NCBI GenBank assembly: GCA_963733295.1
Contig: CAVTCS010000003.1
Location: 1,440,001-1,504,000, forward strand
Length of the DNA stretch: 64,000 nucleotides
DNA from: Vulcanimicrobiota bacterium
GTDB lineage: Bacteria; Vulcanimicrobiota; Vulcanimicrobiia; Vulcanimicrobiales; Vulcanimicrobiaceae
Direction of reading: 5' to 3'
The notes below the pieces were generated by a model, which was not told the origin of the DNA, searched no databases, and was given only the letters and a program-made list of their open reading frames with translations. The position numbers and the translations under genes were made by a program. Within the stretch, counting starts at the first letter, position 1, and every line of letters starts with the position of its first letter. Below are positions 57,315 to 64,000 of the stretch, in pieces.

Positions 57315-58283
57315 CTAGCGCGCTGCGGTATCGGCCGCGGCCGCCAGCTCCACGACCAGTCGCGGGTCGTCGGCGCGTCCGGTCACGATCGCCCCGAAAC
57401 CGCGGACCGCGCGCTCGAAGCCCAGCCGGGCGCGGCGCGCTCCCAGGCGCCGCGCGATAGCGCGCAGCTCCCGTTCGCGCCAGCGTGCGCGCGCGGGCAG
57501 GCTTCCGCCCGGACGCGCCAGCTCCCAAACCAGACCGTACTCGACAGCGAGCGCCGAGAGCAGCGGAATCGCCGCACCGCGTGGGTCCTCGCCGAAGAGT
57601 TCGCCGGCGATCTCCAGCGCCCGGCCGACGTCGCCCGCGAGCACCTCGGTAGCGAAGTGATACGCTTTGACGTTGACCGCAGCGAGGGTCTCGCGTTCGA
57701 CGTCGGCCAGTTCGATGCGCGTACCCGACAGCGCCAACTTTTCCAAATCGGTGCGCAGTGCCGCAAGGTCGCCATCGCCACTGTGGAGCGCTTCGAACGC
57801 GGGCGGCGAAGCGCTTGCCCCCAGATCGGCCAGCGTTTCGCGCAGAAAGCGTTCGCGCGTCTCGTCCGTCGGCGTCGTGTCGATGCGTAGCGCACCGCGA
57901 CCCAAGAGCTTGGCCAGGGGCTCCGGCCGTTTGCTCGACGGCGAGATCAAATCTTCGATCACGAGCATGTTTCCGGCCGGAACCGTCGCCGCAGCTGCGA
58001 GCAAACCCCGGCGCGGCTCGGCCCGCAGTTCGTGCGCTCCGCGCACGATCACGATCCGCATCGAACCGAGAAAGGGCAACGCGGCGACCGCCGCCTCGAC
58101 GCGGCCGAACGAATCGAGTTCCGTCGCGACGAAGCGCTCCACGTTCAGGTCGCGCTCGGCGGGCGCGAGCGAACGCTCGACGAGCGTTGCGAGCGCGCGT
58201 TCGGCCAGCAAGTGCTCGACGCCCTCGACGACGACGACCTTCGGAAGCGTGGGCGCTTTGTCGATGAACTCGTAGAACTTGAT
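57315..58283 (-). CDS. holA: DNA polymerase III delta subunit
   Basis: LNVERF, LPFLGSMRIVIVR and LRTDLEKLAL. The frame stays open upstream of 58211 to a probable ATC start at 58283. Confidence 0.78.
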   Translation of the reverse strand: MKFYEFIDKAPTLPKVVVVEGVEHLLAERALATLVERSLAPAERDLNVERFVATELDSFGRVEAAVAALPFLGSMRIVIVRGAHELRAEPRRGLLAAAATVPAGNMLVIEDLISPSSKRPEPLAKLLGRGALRIDTTPTDETRERFLRETLADLGASASPPAFEALHSGDGDLAALRTDLEKLALSGTRIELADVERETLAAVNVKAYHFATEVLAGDVGRALEIAGELFGEDPRGAAIPLLSALAVEYGLVWELARPGGSLPARARWRERELRAIARRLGARRARLGFERAVRGFGAIVTGRADDPRLVVELAAAADTAAR

Positions 58284-58288
58284 GCTGC

Positions 58289-59332
58289 TTAAGCTCCCGG
58301 GCTGCGCGCGAAGAGAAAGCGTGGACGGTCGGCGAGTTCGGGCAAAGACTCCGCGTACGGCGGCCGCGCGACGCCGTATTCGGTGACGATTCCGGCAATG
58401 AGGTGTCCCGGCGTTACGTCGAAGGCCGGATTGTAAGCCGGGATTTCGGCGGGGGCGCTGCGCGCGCCCGCGAATGCGCGAACCTCTTCGGGACTGCGCT
58501 CCTCGATCGCGATGCCCTCACCCGTCGGAATAGAAAAATCGATCGTCGAACGCGGCGCCGCGACGTAAAAGGGGATGCCGTGGTGCGCCGCGGCGATCGC
58601 GACGCCGTAGGTGCCGATCTTGTTCGCCGTGTCGCCGTTGCGCGCGATGCGATCGGCGCCGACGATCGCGCAGGCGATCCCCTTGGCGCGCATCGTCGCG
58701 GCCGCCGCACCGTCGACGATCAACGTCGCGGGCACGCCGGCCGCCTGCAGCTCGACCGTCGTCAAGCGTGCGCCTTGCAAGAGCGGTCGCGTCTCGTCGA
58801 TGTAGACGTGGATGCGCTTGCCGGCACGACGAGCTGCGACGATCACGCCCAGCGCCGTGCCGGAGCCTCCGGTTGCGAGCGGTCCGGTATTGCAGTGCGT
58901 CAGCACGTTCGCACCGTCGGGAATGAGCCCGGCGCCGTGTTCGCCGATCGCGCGGTCGACGGCGCGCTGTTCCTCGTGTATCGCTTCTGCCTCGGCAAGA
59001 TAGTCGCGAGCATCGACCCCCAACACGCGGTCGACGGCCCAAGCGAGGTTCATCGCGGTCGGGCGCGCGCGCTTGATGCGTTCGGCCGCAGCGGCGAATT
59101 CCGCGTCGGAAGCGCACTGCCGTCGCGCCTGCGCGATGCCGTAGGCGCCGAAGATGCCGATGCATGGGGCTCCGCGTACCGCCAGGCACGCGATCGCGGC
59201 CACGACCTCGTCGACGCTTTCGGCGCGGGCGCGCTCGAGTTCGTCCGGCAACTTGCGCTGATCGATGTAACCGACCCCGCCGGCCTCCCACCAGACCGGC
59301 TCGAAGGGCTCCCCGACGGCTCCGTTCTTCAC
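58289..59332 (-). CDS. mtnA: Methylthioribose-1-phosphate isomerase
   Basis: IDQRKLP, VRGAP, RPTAMNL, THCNTGPLAT, ETRPLLQGARLT, GADRIA and NPAFDVTP. Confidence 0.96.
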   Translation of the reverse strand: MKNGAVGEPFEPVWWEAGGVGYIDQRKLPDELERARAESVDEVVAAIACLAVRGAPCIGIFGAYGIAQARRQCASDAEFAAAAERIKRARPTAMNLAWAVDRVLGVDARDYLAEAEAIHEEQRAVDRAIGEHGAGLIPDGANVLTHCNTGPLATGGSGTALGVIVAARRAGKRIHVYIDETRPLLQGARLTTVELQAAGVPATLIVDGAAAATMRAKGIACAIVGADRIARNGDTANKIGTYGVAIAAAHHGIPFYVAAPRSTIDFSIPTGEGIAIEERSPEEVRAFAGARSAPAEIPAYNPAFDVTPGHLIAGIVTEYGVARPPYAESLPELADRPRFLFARSPGA

Positions 59333-59794
59333 CTACGCGACTTCCAGGACGAAAAGGGCGGCCAACGTCGCTTCGTATCCTTTGTCACCGCGTTTCGGAT
59401 CGGCGCGCTCCTCCGCTTGCGCAAGCGTGTCGGTCGTCAGAACGCCGAAACCGATCGGCACGCGCGTTTCCAACTGCACGTCCATGAGTCCGCGCGCGCA
59501 CTCCCCGGCAACGAACTCGAAGTGCGGCGTTTCGCCCCGGATCACGACGCCCAGCGCGACGATTGCGTCGTAGTCGGCGGTATCGATCAAGCGCCGGGAC
59601 GCGAGCGGTAACTCGAAGCAACCGGGCACGCGCGCGAAAAGGCGGTCGACCGCCGCCACGCCACACGCGTCGAGCGCGCGGCGCGCGCCATCCTCCAGCC
59701 AATCTGCCAGCTCTTCGTAGAAGCGCGCGCTGACGATGGCCACGCGTTTGCCCGCACCGCGCGGCAACGCGGCGCTTCCGGCGACGCCCCTCAC
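59333..59794 (-). CDS. ribH: 6,7-dimethyl-8-ribityllumazine synthase
   Basis: VPGCFELP, GVVIRGETPHFEFV and FGVLTT. Confidence 0.96.
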   Translation of the reverse strand: MRGVAGSAALPRGAGKRVAIVSARFYEELADWLEDGARRALDACGVAAVDRLFARVPGCFELPLASRRLIDTADYDAIVALGVVIRGETPHFEFVAGECARGLMDVQLETRVPIGFGVLTTDTLAQAEERADPKRGDKGYEATLAALFVLEVA

Positions 59795-61227
59795 CCCGCG
59801 ATCTCGAGCGGCGCGACCTCGGCCGCGTCGAGCATGTGACCCATCTTCTCCCGCTTGGTTTCCATATAGCGCGCGTTGTAGGCGGTCGGCGGAATATCGA
59901 GCGGCACGCGTCCCACGATCGCCAAACCGTATCCCTCGAGACCGACGATCTTCTTCGGATTGTTGGTGATCAGACGCATCTCTTTGAGACCGAGATCGAC
60001 CAGGATCTGCGAGCCCAGACCGTAGTCACGCTTATCGACCGGCAAACCTAGGGCTATGTTGGCCTCGACGGTATCGGCGCCGCGATCCTGCAGTTCGTAG
60101 GCGCGCAGCTTATTGGCGAGCCCGATCCCCCGGCCTTCCTGATGCAGGTAAAGGAAGACGCCGCGGCCTTCGCGCGCGATCAAGTCGAGCGCCGCGTCGC
60201 GCTGCGCCGCGCAATCGCAGCGCAACGAATGCAACGCGTCGCCCGTCAGACACTCGGAGTGGACCCGGACGAGGATGTCTTTGCCATCGCCGATTTCGCC
60301 CATCACCATCGCGACGTGAGCGACGCGATCGATGCTCGTCTCGTACGCGATCCCTTGGAACGTACCGTGGCGAGTCGGCAGCGTGAATTCGGCGATGCGC
60401 TGCACCAGCTTTTCGGTGCGCATGCGAAAAGCGATGAGGTCTTTGACCGTGATCAGGCGCAGACCGTGTTTCTTCGCAAAAACACGTAGTTTTGGTAGAC
60501 GCATCATCGTGCCGTCTTCGTCCATGATCTCGACGATGACGCCGGCCGGATAAAAACCGGCCAGCCGCGCGAGATCGACCGCTGCTTCGGTCTGGCCGGC
60601 GCGCACCAGCACGCCGCCTTCACGCGCCCGCAACGGAAACGTGTGGCCCGGCCTCAGGAAGTCCGAAGGCTTGGCGGCGGGATCGAGCAGCGCTTGGATC
60701 GTTTCGGCGCGGTCGAAGGCGGAGATGCCCGTCGTCGTGCGATTGCGCGCCTCGATCGAAACGGTAAATGCGGTTTCGTGCGGCGCTGTGTTGTCGGAAA
60801 CCATTTGTGGAATCTGCAACTCATCCAAACGCCGCCCCAGAATCGGAACGCAGATAAGTCCGCCCGCTTCCCGTCGCATGAAATTGATCGCGTCGGGGGT
60901 CACCATCTGCGCCGCCATGACGAGGTCGCCTTCGTTCTCACGGTCCTCGTCGTCGAGCACGATCACCATCTTGCCGGCGCGGATGTCGGCGATGGCGTCG
61001 TCGATGCAATCGAAGACCGGTTCCTCGATTGGGTGGTCGGCCAGGTGCGCGGCGAGTTCCGGTAACGCCCTCGAAAGCGCTTGGATGGAGCGGAAGGACG
61101 GCGTGCGGCGACCCGACCGCAGATAGGAGATCGCGCCCTCCGTGAGGCCGGACCGCCCGGCGAGTTCGGCGGCCGAAATGCCGGTCTGATCCATCGCTCC
61201 GCGCAGCGCGTCGGCAAAAGTGCTCAT
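59791..61227 (-). CDS. ribBA: Bifunctional DHBP synthase/GTP cyclohydrolase II with an N-terminal XRE-type HTH
   Basis: DDEDRENEGD, TGISAFDR, RPGH, VRVHSECLTGD, CDC and QEGRGIGL. Residues 1-60 are HTH_3-like. Confidence 0.95.
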   Translation of the reverse strand: MSTFADALRGAMDQTGISAAELAGRSGLTEGAISYLRSGRRTPSFRSIQALSRALPELAAHLADHPIEEPVFDCIDDAIADIRAGKMVIVLDDEDRENEGDLVMAAQMVTPDAINFMRREAGGLICVPILGRRLDELQIPQMVSDNTAPHETAFTVSIEARNRTTTGISAFDRAETIQALLDPAAKPSDFLRPGHTFPLRAREGGVLVRAGQTEAAVDLARLAGFYPAGVIVEIMDEDGTMMRLPKLRVFAKKHGLRLITVKDLIAFRMRTEKLVQRIAEFTLPTRHGTFQGIAYETSIDRVAHVAMVMGEIGDGKDILVRVHSECLTGDALHSLRCDCAAQRDAALDLIAREGRGVFLYLHQEGRGIGLANKLRAYELQDRGADTVEANIALGLPVDKRDYGLGSQILVDLGLKEMRLITNNPKKIVGLEGYGLAIVGRVPLDIPPTAYNARYMETKREKMGHMLDAAEVAPLEIAG

Positions 61228-61241
61228 CTTCCGTCCCTTCG

Positions 61242-61287
61242 CTTAACAAGCGTCAATTACTACTGCGGTCCCTTGACAACTGCTAAG
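61242..61287. promoter_or_regulatory. Imperfect inverted repeat upstream of HTH-ribBA, candidate operator
   Basis: CTTAACAAGCGTCAA-N16-TTGACAACTGCTAAG; the arms match at 11 of 15 positions. Confidence 0.4.
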
Positions 61288-62353
61288 ACGTTCCGGGATC
61301 CTCGAAGGTTACGATCGCCTTGACCACCTCCGCCCGACGCATGGCGTCGTAGGCCGCACCGGCTTCCGGGAACGGAAAGCTCGCGGCGCCGAGCCGGTGA
61401 GCCGAGACGACCCCGGTCCGCAGCAGGTCCAGCGCCTCGCGCGTGTCGTCCGGGCCGCACGAATACGACGCGATCAGCCGCACGTCGCGGAAATACGTCG
61501 CGTTCTGGTCGATCGCGAAGCGTTCGCCGGGTTCGAGCGGGGTGAACATCAAGACCGCGCCGTCGGGCGCGACGGCCTCGAGCGCGTGAGCGAGCGCGGC
61601 CGCGCTGCCCGGTCCGCAGATCACAGCATCGGCGCCGCGTCCTTCGGTCTTCGCGCGCAGCGCCTCGAGTGCGCTCTCCGGCGCGAAGCCGCTCTCGGCT
61701 CCGAGTTCGCGCGCGAGTTCGAGCCGCTTCGAATGAAAGTCCGAGGCGAAGACGCGCGCGCCGCGAGCTGCGGCCACCGCGACGTGCATGAGTCCCATGA
61801 CGCCCGCGCCGATCGCATACAGCGTGCGTCCCTCGTATCCGCCTGCGGGCTGGGCGCGGCGCAAGGATTTCACGACGCAGCCGAGTGGTTCGACGAGCGC
61901 ACCGTCGGCGAAAGACAGCTCCGGCGGCAGAACGTGCGCGTCGCCGAGGTTGGCGCGCGGCACTCGAAAATACTCGGCCATGCCGCCGGGGTCGAGCGCG
62001 CTGCCGCGCCAGACCGCGCAATGCACGTATTCGCCGCGCTCGCAAAACGCGCACGTAAAACAGGGGGCGTGGTGATGTGCGAAAAGGCGGTCGCCCACTG
62101 CGAACGTGCGGCCGTCGCGCCCGCGAGGCGCGTCCGCCCCCACGGCCACGATCGTTCCGGCCGGCTCGTGCCCGAACACGAACGGGGCTTTGCGCCGCAC
62201 GTACCAGGGCATCAAGTCACCGCTGCAAACGCCGCTCGCGGCGACGCGCACCAAGACGTCGCCGGCTTCGAGGCGTGGAAGCGGCCGCTCTTCGATGCGG
62301 ATGTCGTCGACGTCGTACATGACCGCGGCGCGCATGGCGCGAGGCAAGTTCAC
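61283..62353 (-). CDS. Zn-dependent alcohol/polyol dehydrogenase (MDR family)
   Basis: GVCSGD, GHEPAG, CFTCAFC...C, VEPLGC and GAGVMG. Confidence 0.9.
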   Translation of the reverse strand: MNLPRAMRAAVMYDVDDIRIEERPLPRLEAGDVLVRVAASGVCSGDLMPWYVRRKAPFVFGHEPAGTIVAVGADAPRGRDGRTFAVGDRLFAHHHAPCFTCAFCERGEYVHCAVWRGSALDPGGMAEYFRVPRANLGDAHVLPPELSFADGALVEPLGCVVKSLRRAQPAGGYEGRTLYAIGAGVMGLMHVAVAAARGARVFASDFHSKRLELARELGAESGFAPESALEALRAKTEGRGADAVICGPGSAAALAHALEAVAPDGAVLMFTPLEPGERFAIDQNATYFRDVRLIASYSCGPDDTREALDLLRTGVVSAHRLGAASFPFPEAGAAYDAMRRAEVVKAIVTFEDPGTS

Positions 62354-63375
62354 GGGACGATCGCGTACTTCACGCCGTGCCCGGCATCCAGCGACGCGAA
62401 TGCATCCCCGACGCGTTCGAGAGCAAACCGTTCGGAGATCAGCGGCTCGACCTCGACCGCTCCGTTTGCCAGCAGCTCGAAGGCCTCGCGCACGTCACGC
62501 GGCGTGAAATGGAAGGGGCTTATCAGGCGCACTTCGTCGTAGTGCAGGCGCGCGGCGTCGAACGAGACCTGCGTGCCGCCCGGCAAACCCCCGAACAGCG
62601 AAACGGTGCCACCGCGCCGCACCAAGCCCGGCGCGCTCTCCCACACGGTTTGCGTGCCGGTGCTCTCGAGCACCGCGTCGAGCCCGCGGCCTTCCGTCAA
62701 AGCGGCAATCGCGACGCGCGCGTCGAGCTCGCGCGCGTCGATCGTGCGCGCGATGCCGAGCGACCGCGCGAGGGCAAGCCGCTCGCTGCGCCGCCCCACG
62801 AGCACCGGTTGTGGGATCCCGAATGCGCGCGCGACCAGCGCGTGCAAGATGCCGAAGCCGCCGTCTCCAACGATGCCGAACGCCGCGCCGGGCGCTAGGT
62901 CGAGCATGCGCAGCGAGTGGACGACGCAGGCCAGCGGTTCGAGAAATGCGCCCGCTTCGTAACTCAGGTTTTCGGGTTTTCGAAACGCGTTAAGGTTCAA
63001 AATGTGGGACGGTATCGCGACGTACTCGGCGTAGGCTCCGAGAATCTTCGTCGCCATCACGTGCTCGCACAGCTCTTCTTCCCGGTGCAGACACCAATAG
63101 CAAGCGCCGCACGGCGCCGAGTGCACGCTGAGGAGCGAGTCGCCCGATGCGAAGTTCTCGACGCCCGCGCCGACCGCGACGACGTCACCCGAAAACTCGT
63201 GTCCGAAGCGGGTGGGGAGCGGCATCTGCGGATGCCCGCGCCGGAACGCCTTCAAGTCCGTTCCGTCGGTAAGCGCGACGCGCACGCGTACGACCGCACC
63301 GCCCGGCTCGGGTGCGGGAATGAGCTCCTCGCGCAACTCGACGTGGCCGGGAGCGACGAGATACGCCGCGCGCAT
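62350..63375 (-). CDS. Zn-dependent alcohol/polyol dehydrogenase (MDR family)
   Basis: TDGTDLK, GHEFSG, CGACYWC...C, EPLAC and GDGGFG. Confidence 0.9.
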   Translation of the reverse strand: MRAAYLVAPGHVELREELIPAPEPGGAVVRVRVALTDGTDLKAFRRGHPQMPLPTRFGHEFSGDVVAVGAGVENFASGDSLLSVHSAPCGACYWCLHREEELCEHVMATKILGAYAEYVAIPSHILNLNAFRKPENLSYEAGAFLEPLACVVHSLRMLDLAPGAAFGIVGDGGFGILHALVARAFGIPQPVLVGRRSERLALARSLGIARTIDARELDARVAIAALTEGRGLDAVLESTGTQTVWESAPGLVRRGGTVSLFGGLPGGTQVSFDAARLHYDEVRLISPFHFTPRDVREAFELLANGAVEVEPLISERFALERVGDAFASLDAGHGVKYAIVP

Positions 63376-63390
63376 CACGAGCGAGAGATG

Positions 63391-64000
63391 CTAAATATCA
63401 TAAGCCCACGCCAGTTCGTCGTGGGCAGCATCGGTTCCGCGAGCGTAGTACGAAGCTGCGGCGCAGGCATAGCGGGCGATCGGATCGATTTCGAGGTTCA
63501 GACGGTCTCCGGCCGTTTTCGCGCCGAAGGTCGTGCGCGCGAGCGTTTCGGGAATCAGCGCGACCTCGAAACGGCCGGCCCGAAGCGCAGCGATCGTGAG
63601 GCTCACGCCGTCGAGGGCGACGTAGCCTTTCTCGACCAGAAAGGGTTCGAGCCCGGGCGGCAGTTCGAGACTGATTCGAAACCCTTGGCCTTCCGGCGCC
63701 TTGGTGAGAATGCGCGTCGTGGCGTCGACGTGACCGTAGACGAAGTGTCCGCCGATCCGTTCTCCCAACCGGAGCGAAAGTTCGAAGTTGACCCGGTCGC
63801 CGGCGCGCAACGTTCCGAGCGCCGATCGTTCGAGCGTTTCGGGAACGACGTCGAAGGCGCAAAGGCGGCCGTCGTGCGACGCGACCGTGAGACAGACGCC
63901 GTTGACCGCGATCGAATCTTTGTCGGCGACGTCTTCCGCCATCGCTTCGGGCGCTTCGACTTGCAAGCGCGCGCCGCCGCGCGGGTCGTTTTCGAGCGAG
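63391..64000 (-). CDS. ribE: Riboflavin synthase alpha chain (5' end outside window)
   Basis: DSIAVNGVCLTV, GDRVNFE, GGHFVYGHVD, KGYVALDGVSLT and LNLEID. Confidence 0.95.
   Translation of the reverse strand, partial: SLENDPRGGARLQVEAPEAMAEDVADKDSIAVNGVCLTVASHDGRLCAFDVVPETLERSALGTLRAGDRVNFELSLRLGERIGGHFVYGHVDATTRILTKAPEGQGFRISLELPPGLEPFLVEKGYVALDGVSLTIAALRAGRFEVALIPETLARTTFGAKTAGDRLNLEIDPIARYACAAASYYARGTDAAHDELAWAYDI

Noticed and set aside
56941..58398. 485-aa minus-strand ORF overlapping holA
   Set aside because: Alternative-frame, Arg-rich artefact. The holA frame carries the recognisable motifs.

Overview
This is a GC-rich bacterial chromosomal segment. The gene style (secreted beta-propeller lipoproteins, a DUF5069-like protein) is compatible with Ca. 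Eremiobacterota/Vulcanimicrobiota, but that assignment is only an inference. Bases 1-25.5 kb form a surface-polysaccharide and tailoring region: ugd, a priming glycosyltransferase, Wza/SLBB, a LuxR regulator, three JmjC-like cupins, a type II thioesterase, methyltransferases, two GT39 paralogues, an FAD oxidoreductase and an ATP-grasp enzyme. A MoxR-DUF58 cassette and tRNA-Phe interrupt it. The most striking element is a RiPP-like operon at 11605-15076. Its first gene fuses a PqqD/RRE domain, a twin-Arg-like leader, a 9-residue core (YGIEPPTSG) and a complete Hint (intein-like, Cys...His-Asn) self-processing domain. It is followed by an HPr-kinase-like gene with two apparent frameshifts, a nucleotidyltransferase and a methyltransferase; no lasso protease or cyclase is present in the window. 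Bases 25.5-37.5 kb hold housekeeping and accessory genes, three more tRNAs, thrS and tsaD. Bases 37.6-56.2 kb are a large purine cluster with unusual parts: two archaeal-type PurP paralogues, a single-chain double PurS, and a PAICS-type PurC fused to a degenerate PurE domain. Bases 57-64 kb hold holA, mtnA and a riboflavin operon with an HTH-RibBA fusion and two Zn-dependent dehydrogenases. I saw no CRISPR array, integrase or transposase.
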